Origin: the human T2T-CHM13v2.0 reference genome, Homo sapiens
Reading direction: 5' to 3' (one strand)
Assembly: GCF_009914755.1 (NCBI RefSeq)
Contig: NC_060929.1
DNA length: 64,000 nucleotides
Below are positions 1 to 11,830 of this stretch, one piece after another; position 1 is the first letter of the stretch, and the number at the start of each line of letters is the position of its first letter. A program made the position numbers and the translations under genes. Under the pieces are notes generated by a model, which saw only the letters and a list, made by a program, of their open reading frames with translations, had not been told where the DNA came from and made no database searches.

Positions 1-278
1 GAATTTGCAAGTGGAGATTTCAGCCGCTTTGAAGTCAAAGTAGAAAAGGAAATATCTTCCTATAAAAACTAGACAGAATGATTCTCAGAAACTCCTTTGT
101 GATGTGTGCGTTCAACTCACAGAGTTTAACCTTTCTTTTCATAGAGCAGTTAGGAAACACTCTGTTTGTAAAGTCTGCAAGTGGATATTCAGACCTCTTT
201 GAGGCCTTCGTTGGAAACGGGTTTTTTTCATATAAGGCTAGACAGAAGAATTCCCAGTAACTTCCTTGTGTTGTGTGT

Positions 279-299
279 GTTCAACTCACAGAGTTGAAC
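279..299. other. Perfect inverted repeat GTTCAACTC-ACA-GAGTTGAAC (9-bp arms in d monomers, 8-bp arms in other A-type monomers); example copy, recurs about every 340 bp
   Basis: The reverse complement of GTTCAACTC is GAGTTGAAC, read directly at 279-287 and 291-299. Confidence 0.9.
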
Positions 300-1263
300 T
301 TTCATTTACACAGAGCAGATTTGAAACACTCTTTTTGTGGAATTTGCAGGTGGAGATTTCAAGCGCTTTGAGGCCAAAGGCCGAAAAGGAAATATCTTCG
401 TATAAAAACTAGACAGAATCATTCTCAGAAACTGCTCTGCGATGTGTGCGTTCAACTCTCAGAGTTTAACTTTTCTTTTCATTCAGCAGTTTGGAAACAC
501 TCTGTTTGTAAAGTCTGCACGTGGATAATTTGACCACTTAGAGGCCTTCGTTGGAAACGGGTTTTTTTCATGTAAGGCTAGACAGAAGAATTCTCAGTAA
601 CTTCCTTGTGTTGTGTGTATTCAACTCACACAGTTGAACGATCCTTTACACAGAGCAGACTTGTAACACTCTTTTTGTGGAATTTGCAAGTGGAGATTTC
701 AGCCGCTTTGAAGTCAAAGGTAGAAAAGGAAATATCTTCCTATAAAAACTAGACAGAATGATTCTCAGAAACTCCTTTGTGATGTGTGCGTTCAACTCAC
801 AGAGTTTAACCTTTCTTTTCATAGAGCAGTTAGGAAACACTCTGCTTGTAAAGTCTGCAAGTGGATATTCAGCCCTCTTTGAGGCCTTCGTTGGAAACGG
901 GTTTTTTTCATATAAGGCTAGACAGAAGAATTCCCAGTAACTTCCTTGTGTTGTGTGTGTTCAACTCACGGAGTTGAACTTTGATTTACACAGAGCAGAT
1001 TTGAAACACTCTTTTTGTGGAATTTGCAAGTGGAGATTTCAAGCGCTTTGAGGCCAAAGGCAGGAAAGGGAATATCTTCGTATAAAAACTAGACAGAATC
1101 ATTCTCAGAAACTGCTCTGCGATGTGTGCGTTCAACTCTCAGAGTTTAACTTTTCTTTTCATTCAGCAGTTTGGAAACACTCTGTAAAGTCTGCACGTGG
1201 ATATTTTGACCACTTAGAGGCGTTCGTTGGAAACGGGTTTTTTTCCTGTAAGGCTAGACAGAA

Positions 1264-3981
1264 GAATTCCCAGTAACTTCCTTGTGTTGTGTACATTCAA
1301 CTCACAGAGTTGAACGTTCCCTTAGACAGAGCAGATTTGAAACACTCTTTTTGTGCAATTGGCAAGTGGAGATTTCAAGCGCTTTGAGGTCAATGGCAGA
1401 AAAGGAAATATCTTCGTTTCAAAACTAGACAGAATCATTCCCACAAACTGCGTTGTGATGTGTTCGTTCAACTCACAGAGTTTAACCTTTCTTTTCATAG
1501 AGCAGTTAGGAAACAGTCTGTTTGAAAATTCTGTAAGTGGATATTCTGACATCTTGTGGCCTTCGTTGGAAACGGGATTTCTTCATATTCTGCTAGACAG
1601 AAGAATTCTCAGAATCTTCCTTGTGTTGTGTGTATTCAACTCACAGAGTTGAACGATGGTTTACAGAGAGCAGATTTGAAACACTCATTTGGTGGAATTT
1701 GCAAGTGGAGATTTCAGCCGCTTTGAGGTCAATGGTAGAAAAGGAAATATCTTCGTATAACAACTAGACAGAATGATTCTCAGAAACTTCTTTGTGATGT
1801 GTGTGTTCAACTCACAGAGTTTAACCTTTCTTTTCATAGAGCAGTTAGGAAACACTGTGTTTTTAAACTCTGCAAGTGGATATTCAGACCTCTTTGAGGC
1901 CTTCGTTGGAAACGGGTTTCTTCATACTGTGCTAGACAGAAGAATTCTCAGTAACTTCCTTGTGTTGTGTGTATTCAACTCACAGAGTTGAACGATCCTT
2001 TACACAGAGCAGACTTGAAACACTCTTTTTGTGGAATTTGCAAGTGGAGATTTCAGCCGCGTTGAGGTCAATGGTAGAAAAGGAAATATCTTCGTATAAA
2101 AACTAGACAGAATGATTCTCAGAAACTCCTTTGTGATGTGTGTGTTCAACTCACAGAGTTTAACATTTCTTTTCATAGAGCAGTTAGGAAACACTCTGTT
2201 TGTAAAGTCTGCAAGTGGATATTCAGACCTCTTTGAGTCCTTCGTTGGAAACGGGTTTTTTTCATATAAGGCTAGACAGAAGAATTCCCAGTAACTTCCT
2301 TGTGTTGTGTGTGTTCAACTCACAGAGTTGAACTTTCATTTACACAGAGCAGATTTGAAACACTCTTTTTGTGGAATTTGCAGGTGGAGATTTCAAGCGC
2401 TTTGAGGCCAAAGGCAGAAAAGGAAATATCTTCGTATAAAAACTAGACAGAATCATTCTCAGAAACTGCTCTGCGATGTGTGCGTTCAACTCTCAGAGTT
2501 TAACTTTTCTTTTCATTCAGCAGTTTGGAAACACTCTGTTTCTAAAGTCTGCACGTGGATAATTTGACCACTTAGAGGCCTTCGTTGGAAACGGGTTTTT
2601 TTCATGTAAGGCTAGACAGAAGAATTCTCAGTAACTTCCTTGTGTTGTGTGTATTCAACTCACAGATTTGAACGATCCTTTACACAGAGCAGACTTGTAA
2701 CACTCTTTTTGTGGAATTTGCAAGTGGAGATTTCAGCCGCTTTGAAGTCAAAGGTAGAAAAGGAAATATCTTCTTATAAAAACTAGACAGAATGATTCTC
2801 AGAAACTCCTTTGTGATGTGTACGTTCAACTCACAGAGTTTAACCTTTCTTTTCATAGAGCAGTTAGGAAACACTCTGTTTGTAAAGTCTGCAAGTGGAT
2901 ATTGAGACCTCTTTGAGGCCTTCGTTGGAAACGGGTTTTTTTCATATAAGGCTAGACAGAAGGATTCCCAGTAACTTCCTTGTGTTGTGTGTGTTCAACT
3001 CACAGAGTTGAACTTTCATATACAAAGAGCAGATTTGAAACACTCTTTTTGTGGAATTTGCAAGTGGAGATTTCAAGCGCTTTGAGGCCAAAGGCAGAAA
3101 AGGAAATATCTTCGTATAAAAACTAGACAGAATCATTCTCAGAAGCTGCTCTGCGATGTGTGTGTTCAACTCTCAGAGTTTAACTTTTCTTTTCATTCAG
3201 CAGTTTGGAAACACTCTGTTTGTAAAGTCTGCACGTGGATAATTTGACCACTTAGAGGCCTTCGTTGGAAACGGGTTTTTTTCATGTAAGGTTAGACAGA
3301 AGAATTCTCAGTAACTTCCTTGTGTTGTGTGTATTCAACTCACAGAGTTGAACGATCCTTTACACAGAGCAGACTTGTAACACTCTTTTTGTGGAATTTG
3401 CAAGTGGAGATTTCAGCCGCTTTGAAGTCAAAGGTAGAAAAGGAAATATCTTCCTATAAAAACTAGACAGAATGATTCTCAGAAACTCCTTTGTGATGTG
3501 TCCATTCAACTCACAGAGTTTAACCTTTCTTTTCATAGAGCAGTTAGGAAACACTCTGCTTGTAAAGTCTGCAAGTGGATATTCAGCCCTCTTTGAGGCC
3601 TTCGTTGGAAACGGGTTTTTTTCATATAAGGCTAGACAGAAGAATTCCCAGTAACTTCCTTGTGTTGTGTGTGTTCAACTCACAGAGTTGAACTTTCATT
3701 TACACAGAGCAGATTTGAAACACTCTTTTTGTGGAATTTGCAAGTGGAGATTTCAAGCGCTTTGAGGCCAAAGGCAGAAAAGGAAATATCTTCGTATAAA
3801 AACTAGACAGAATCATTCTCAGAAACTGCTCTGCGATGTGTGCGTTCAACTCTCAGAGTTTAACTTTTCTTTTCATTCAGCAGTTTGGAAACACTCTGTT
3901 TGTAAAGTCTGCACGTGGATATTTTGACCACTTAGAGGCCTTCGTTGGAAACGGGTTTTTTTCCTGTAAGGCTAGACAGAA
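1264..3981 (+). repeat. Representative 16-mer HOR variant (2718 bp): aA bB cC dD1 eC dD1 eC' dD2
   Basis: The distance between successive a/A dimers is 2718 bp (ORF markers 1353 and 4071). A 2718-2719 bp spacing occurs seven times in the window. Confidence 0.9.
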
Positions 3982-4441
3982 GAATTCCCAGTAACTTCCT
4001 TGTGTTGTGTACATTCAACTCACAGAGTTGAACGTTCCCTTAGACAGAGCAGATTTGAAACACTCTTTTTGTGCAATTGGCAAGTGGAGATTTCAAGCGC
4101 TTTAAGGTCAATGGCAGAAAAGGAAATATCTTCGTTTCAAAACTAGACAGAATCATTCCCACAAACTGCGTTGTGATGTGTTCGTTCATCTCACAGAGTT
4201 TAACCTTTCTTTTCATAGAGCAGTTAGGAAACAGTCTGTTTGTAAATTCTTTAAGTGGATATTCTGACATCTTGTGGCCTTCGTTGGAAACGGGATTTCT
4301 TCATATTCTGCTAGACAGAAGAATTCTCAGAATCTTCCTTGTGTTGTGTGTATTCAACTCACAGAGTTGAACGATGGTTTACACAGAGCAGATTTGAAAC
4401 ACTCTTTTTGTGGAATTTGCAAGTGGAGATTTCAGCCGCTT

Positions 4442-7400
4442 TGAGGTCAATGGTAGAAAAGGAAATATCTTCCTATAAAAACTAGACAGAATGATTCTCA
4501 GAAACTCCTTTGTGATGTGTGCGTTCAACTCACAGAGTTTAACCTTTCTTTTCATAGAGCAGTTAGGAAACACTCTGTTTGTAAAGTCTGCAAGTGGATA
4601 TTCAGACCTCTTTGAGGCCTTCGTTGGAAACGGGTTTTTTTCATATAAGGCTAGACAGAAGAATTCCCAGTAACTTCCTTGTGTTGTGTGTGTTCAACTC
4701 ACAGAGTTGAACTTTCATTTACACAGAGCAGATTTGAAATACTCTTTTTGTGGAATTTGCAGGTGGAGATTTCAAGCGCTTTGAGGCCAAAGGCAGAAAA
4801 GGAAATATCTTCGTATAAAAACTAGACAGAATCATTCTCAGAAACTGCTCTGCGATGTGTGCGTTCAACTCTCAGAGTTTAACTTTTCTTTTCATTCAGC
4901 AGTTTGGAAACACTCTGTTTGTAAAGTCTGCACGTGGATAATTTGACCACTTAGAGGCCTTCGTTGGAAACGGGTTTTTTCATGTAAGGCTAGACAGAAG
5001 AATTCTCAGTAACTTCCTTGTGTTGTGTGTATTCAACTCACAGAGTTGAACGATCCTTTACACAGAGCAGACTTGTAACACTCTTTTTGTGGAATTTGCA
5101 AGTGGAGATTTCAGCCGCTTTGAAGTCAAAGATAGAAAAGGAAATATCTTCCTATAAAAACTAGACAGAATGATTCTCAGAAACTCCTTTGTGATGTGTG
5201 CGTTCAACTCACAGAGTTTAACCTTTCTTTTCATAGAGCAGTTAGGAAACACTCTGCTTGTAAAGTCTGCAAGTGGATATTCAGCCCTCTTTGAGGCCTT
5301 CGTTGGAAACGGGTTTTTTTCATATAAGGCTAGACAGAAGAATTCCCAGTAACTTCCTTGTGTTGTGTGTGTTCAACTCACAGAGTTGAACTTTGATTTA
5401 CACAGAGCAGATTTGAAACACTCTTTTTGTGGAATTTGCAAGTGGAGATTTCAAGCGCTTTGAGGCCAAAGGCAGAAAAGGAAATATCTTCGTATAAAAA
5501 CTAGACAGAATCATTCTCAGAAACTGCTCTGCGATGTGTGCGTTCAACTCTCAGAGTTTAACTTTTCTTTTCATTCAGCAGTTTGGAAACACTCTGTTTG
5601 TAAAGTCTGCACGTGGATATTTTGACCACTTAGAGGCCTTCGTTGGAAAAGGGCTTTTCCCTGTAAGGCTAGACAGAAGAATTCCCAGTAAATTCCTTGT
5701 GTTGTGTACATTCAACTCACAGAGTTGAACGTTCCCTTAGACAGAGCAGATTTGAAACACTCTTTTTGTGCAATTGGCAAGTGGAGATTTCAAGCGCTTT
5801 AAGGTCAATGGCAGAAAAGGAAATATCTTCGTTTCAAAACTAGACAGAATCATTCCCACAAACTGCGTTGTGATGTGTTCGTTCATCTCACAGAGTTTAA
5901 CCTTTCTTTTCATAGAGCAGTTAGGAAACACTCTGTTTGTAAATTCTGTAAGTGGATATTCTGACATCTTGTGGCCTTCGTTGGAAACGGGATTTCTTCA
6001 TATTCTGCTAGACAGAAGAATTCTCAGAATCTTCCTTGTGTTGTGTGTATTCAACTCACACAGTTGAACGATGGTTTACACAGAGCAGATTTGAAACACT
6101 ATTTTTGTGGAATTTGCAAGTGGAGATTTCAGCCGCTTTGAGGTCAATGGTAGAAAAGGAAATATCTTCGTATAAAAACTAGAGAGAATGATTCTCAGAA
6201 ACTTCTTGGTGATGTGTGCGTTCAACTCACAGAGTTTAACCTTTCTTTTCATAGAGCAGTTAGGAAACACTCTGTTTGTAAACTCTGCAAGTGGATATTC
6301 ACACCTCTTTGAGGCCTTCGTTGGAAACGGGATTTCTTCATACTGTGCTAGACAGAAGAATTCTCAGTAACTTCCTTGTGTTGTGTGTATTCAACTCACA
6401 GAGTTGAACGATCCTTTACACAGAGCAGACTTGAAACACTCTTTTTGTGGAATTTGCAAGTGGAGATTTCAGCCGCGTTGAGGTCAATGGTAGAAAAGGA
6501 AATATCTTCGTATAAAAACTAGACAGAATGTTTCTCAGAAACTCCTTTGAGATGTGTGTGTTCAACTCACAGAGTTTAACCTTTCTTTTCATAGAGCAGT
6601 TAGGAATCACTCTGTTTGTAAAGTCTGCAAGTGGATATTCAGACCTCTTTGAGGCCTTCGTTGGAAACGGGTTTTTTTCATATAAGGCTAGACAGAAGAA
6701 TTCCCAGTAACTTCCTTGTGTTGTGTGTGTTCAACTCACAGAGTTGAACTTTCATTTACACAGAGCAGATGTGAAACACTCTTTTTGTGGAATTTGCAAA
6801 TGGAGATTTCAAGCGCTTTGAGGCCAAAGGCAGAAAAGGAAATATCTTCGTATAAAAACTAGACAGAATCATTCTCAGAAACTGCTCTGCGATGTGTGCG
6901 TTCAACTCTCAGAGTTTAACTTTGCTTTTCATTCAGCAGTTTGGAAACACTCTGTTTGTAAAGTCTGCACGTGGATAATTTGACCACTTAGAGGCCTTCG
7001 TTGGAAACGGGTTTTTTTCATGTAAGGCTGGACAGAAGAATTCTCAGTAACTTCCTTGTGTTGTGTGTATTCAACTCACACAGTTGAACGATCCTTTACA
7101 CAGAGCAGACTTGTAACACTCTTTTTGTGGAATTTGCAAGTGGAGATTTCAGCCGCTTTGAAGTCAAAGGTAGAAAAGGAAATATCTTCCTATAAAAACT
7201 AGACAGAATGATTCTCAGAAACTCCTTTGTGATGTGTGCGTTCAACTCACAGAGTTTAACCTTTCTTTTCATAGAGCAGTTAGGAAACACTCTGCTTGTA
7301 AAGTCTGCAAGTGGATATTCAGCCCTCTTTGAGGCCTTCGTTGGAAATGGGTTTTTTTCATATAAGGCTAGACAGAAGAATTCCCAGTAACTTCCTTGTG

Positions 7401-10400
7401 TTGTGTGTGTTCAACTCACAGAGTTGAACTTTGATTTACACAGAGCAGATTTGAAACACTCTTTTTGTGGAATTTGCAAGAGGAGATTTCAAGCGCTTTG
7501 AGGCCAAAGGCAGAAAAGGAAATATCTTCGTATAAAAACTAGACAGAATCATTCTCAGAAACTGCTCTGCGATGTGTGCGTTCAACTCTCAGAGTTTAAC
7601 TTTTCTTTTCATTCAGCAGTTTGGAAACACTCTGTTTGTAAAGTCTGCACGTGGATATTTTGACCACTTAGAGGCCTTCGTTGGAAACGGGTTTTTTTCC
7701 TGTAAGGCTAGACAGAAGAATTCCCAGTAACTTCCTTGTGTTGTGTACATTCAACTCACAGAGTTGAACGTTCCCTTAGACAGAGCAGATTTGAAACACT
7801 CTTTTTGTGCAATTGGCAAGTGGAGATTTCAAGCGCTTTGAGGTCAATGGCAGAAAAGGAAATATCTTCGTTTCAAAACTAGACAGAATCACTCCCACAA
7901 ACTGCGTTGTGATGTGTTCGTTCAACTCACAGAGTTTAACCTTTCTTTTCATAGAGCAGTTAGGAAACAGTCTGTTTGAAAATTCTGTAAGTGGATATTC
8001 TGACATCTTGTGGCCTTCGTTGGAAACGGGATTTCTTCATATTCTGCTAGACAGAAGAATTCTCAGAATCTTCCTTGTGTTGTGTGTATTCAACTCACAC
8101 AGTTGAACGATGGTTTACACAGAGCAGATTTGAAACACTCTTTTTGTGGAATTTGCAAGTGGAGATTTCAGCCGCGTTGAGGTCAATGGTAGAAAAGGAA
8201 ATATCTTCCTATAAAAACTAGACAGAATGATTCTCAGAAACTCCTTTGTGATGTGTGCGTTCAACTCACAGAGTTTAACCTTTCTTTTCATAGAGCAGTT
8301 AGGAAACACTCTGTTTGTAAAGTCTGCAAGTGGATATTCAGACCTCTTTGAGGCCTTCGTTGGAAACGGGTTTTTTTCATATAAGGCTAGACAGAAGAAT
8401 TCCCAGTAACTTCCTTGTGTTGTGTGTGTTCAACTCACAGAGTTGAACTTTCATTTACACAGAGCAGATTTGAAATACTCTTTTTGTGGAATTTGCAGGT
8501 GGAGATTTCAAGCGCTTTGAGGCCAAAGGCAGAAAAGGAAATATCTTCGTATAAAAACTAGACAGAATCATTCTCAGAAACTGCTCTGCGATGTGTGCGT
8601 TCAACTCTCAGAGTTTAACTTTTCTTTTCATTCAGCAGTTTGGAAACACTCTGTTTGTAAAGTCTGCACGTGGATAATTTGACCACTTAGAGGCCTTCGT
8701 TGGAAACGGTTTTTTTCATGTAAGGCTAGACAGAAGAATTCTCAGTAACTTCCTTGTGTTGTGTGTATTCAACTCACAGAGTTGAACGATCCTTTACACA
8801 GAGCAGACTTGTAACACTCTTTTTGTGGAATTTGCAAGTGGAGATTTCAGCCGCTTTGAAGTCAAAGGTAGAAAAGGAAATATCTTCCTATAAAAACTAG
8901 ACAGAATGATTCTCAGAAACTCCTTTGTGATGTGTGCGTTCAACTCACAGAGTTTAACCTTTCTTTTCATAGAGCAGTTAGGAAACACTCTGCTTGTAAA
9001 GTCTGCAAGTGGATATTCAGCCCTCTTTGAGGCCTTCGTTGGAAACGGGTTTTTTTCATATAAGGCTAGACAGAAGAATTCCCAGTAACTTCCTTGTGTT
9101 GTGTGTGTTCAACTCACAGAGTTGAACTTTGATTTACACAGAGCAGATTTGAAACACTCTTTTTGTGGAATTTGCAAGTGGAGATTTCAAGCGCTTTGAG
9201 GCCAAAGGCAGAAAAGGAAATATCTTCGTATAAAAACTAGACAGAATCATTCTCAGAAACTGCTCTGCGATGTGTGCGTTCAACTCTCAGAGTTTAACTT
9301 TTCTTTTCATTCAGCAGTTTGGAAACACTCTGTTTGTAAAGTCTGCACGTGGATATTTTGACCACTTAGAGGCCTTCGTTGGAAACGGGCTTTTTCCTGT
9401 AAGGCTAGACAGAAGAATTTCCAGTAAATTCCTTGTGTTGTGTACATTCAACTCACAGAGTTGAACGTTCCCTTAGACAGAGCAGATTTGAAACACTCTT
9501 TTTGTGCAATTGGCAAGTGGAGATTTCAAGCGCTTTCAGGTCAATGGCAGAAAAGGAAATATCTTCGTTTCAAAACTAGACAGAATCATTCCCACAAACT
9601 GCGTTGTGATGTGTTCGTTCATCTCACAGAGTTTAACCTTTCTTTTCATAGAGCAGTTAGGAAACATTCTGTTTGTAAATTCTGTAAGTGGATATTCTGA
9701 CATCTTGTGGCCTTCGTTGGAAACGGGATTTCTTCATATTCTGCTAGACAGAAGAATTCTCAGAATCTTCCTTGTGTTGTGTGTATTCAACTCACACAGT
9801 TGAACGATGGTTTACACAGAGCAGATTTGAAACACTCTTTTTGTGGAATTTGCAAGTGGAGATTTCAGCCGCTTTGAGGTCAATGGTAGAAAAGGAAATA
9901 TCTTCGTATAAAAACTAGAGAGAATGATTCTCAGAAACTTCTTGGTGATGTGTGCGTTCAACTCACAGAGTTTAACCTTTCTTTTCATAGAGCAGTTAGG
10001 AAACACTCTGTTTGTAAACTCTGCAAGTGGATATTCAGACCTCTTTGAGGCCTTCGTTGGAAACGGGATTTCTTCATACTGTGCTAGACAGAAGAATTCT
10101 CAGTAACTTCCTTGTGTTGTGTGTATTCAACTCACAGAGTTGAACGATCCTTTACACAGAGCAGACTTGAAACACTCTTTTTGTGGAATTTGCAAGTGGA
10201 GATTTCAGCCGCGTTGAGGTCAATGGTAGAAAAGGAAATATCTTCGTATAAAAACTAGACAGAATGTTTCTCAGAAACTCCTTTGAGATGTGTGTGTTCA
10301 ACTCACAGAGTTTAACCTTTCTTTTCATAGAGCAGTTAGGAATCACTCTGTTTGTAAAGTCTGCAAGTGGATATTCAGACCTCTTTGAGGCCTTCGTTGG

Positions 10401-11830
10401 AAACGGGTTTTTTTCATATAAGGCTAGACAGAAGAATTCCCAGTAACTTCCTTGTGTTGTGTGTGTTCAACTCACAGAGTTGAACTTTCATTTACACAGA
10501 GCAGATTTGAAACACTCTTTTTGTGGAATTTGCAAATGGAGATTTCAAGCGCTTTGAGGCCAAAGGCAGAAAAGGAAATATCTTCGTATAAAAACTAGAC
10601 AGAATCATTCTCAGAAACTGCTCTGCGATGTGTGCGTTCAACTCTCAGAGTTTAACTTTGCTTTTCATTCAGCAGTTTGGAAACACTCTGTTTGTAAAGT
10701 CTGCACGTGGATAATTTGACCACTTAGAGGCCTTCGTTGGAAACGGGTTTTTTTCATGTAAGGCTAGACAGAAGAATTCTCAGTAACTTCCTTGTGTTGT
10801 GTGTATTCAACTCACAGAGTTGAACGATCCTTTACACAGAGCAGACTTGTAACACTCTTTTTGTGGAATTTGCAAGTGGAGATTTCAGCCGCTTTGAAGT
10901 CAAAGGTAGAAAAGGAAATATCTTCCTATAAAAACTACACAGAATGATTCTCAGAAACTCCTTTGTGATGTGTGCGTTCAACTCACAGAGTTTAACATTT
11001 CTTTTCATAGAGCAGTTAGGAAACACTCTGTTTGTAAAGTCTGCAAGTGGATATTCAGACCTCTTTGAGGCCTTCTTTGGAAACGGGTTTTTTTCATATA
11101 AGGCTAGACAGAAGAATTCCCAGTAACTTCCTTGTGTTGTGTGTGTTCAACTCACAGAGTTGAACTTTCATTTACACAGAGCAGATTTGAAACACTCTTT
11201 TTGTGGAATTTGCAAGTGGAGATTTCAAGCGCTTTGAGGCCAAAGGCAGAAAAGGAAATATCTTCGTATAAAAACTAGACAGAATCATTCTCAGAAACTG
11301 CTCTGCGATGTGTGCGTTCAACTCTCAGAGTTTAACTTTTCTTTTCATTCAGCAGTTTGGAAACACTCTGTTTGTAAAGTCTGCACGTGGATATTTTGAC
11401 CACTTAGAGGCCTTCGTTGGAAACGGGTTTTTTTCCTGTAAGGCTAGACAGAAGAATTCCCAGTAACTTCCTTGTGTTGTGTACATTCAACTCACAGAGT
11501 TGAACGTTCCCTTAGACAGAGCAGATTTGAAACACTCTTTTTGTGCAATTGGCAAGTGGAGATTTCAAGCGCTTTGAGGTCAATGGCAGAAAAGGAAATA
11601 TCTTCGTTTCAAAACTAGACAGAATCACTCCCACAAACTGCGTTGTGATGTGTTCGTTCAACTCACAGAGTTTAACCTTTCTTTTCATAGAGCAGTTAGG
11701 AAACAGTCTGTTTGAAAATTCTGTAAGTGGATATTCTGACATCTTGTGGCCTTCGTTGGAAACGGGAATTCTTCATATTCTGCTAGACAGAAGAATTCTC
11801 AGAATCTTCCTTGTGTTGTGTGTATTCAAC
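4442..11830 (+). repeat. Tandem duplication, period 3736 bp (22 monomers), moderately diverged
   Basis: Rare variants pair at a 3736-bp offset: gaaatactc (~4740/8476), cagtaaattcc (~5686/9422), agagagaatg (6181/9917), gaatgtttctc (~6526/10262), cactcccac (~7890/11626). Confidence 0.85.

Noticed and set aside
279-310. Hairpin followed by T-rich sequence resembling an intrinsic terminator or ncRNA
   Set aside because: This is a eukaryotic satellite context with no associated gene, and the stem is AT-rich. It is a standard alpha-satellite dyad.
517-523. E-box CACGTG in D monomers, and TATAAAA motifs, as promoter elements
   Set aside because: These short motifs are part of the monomer consensus, and sequence alone gives no evidence of function.
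4971-4980. T-run length change after a CENP-B box as an independent event
   Set aside because: Homopolymer indels are error-prone, and the same 1-bp shortfall occurs in the duplicate at ~8707, so it is treated only as part of the 3736-bp duplication.
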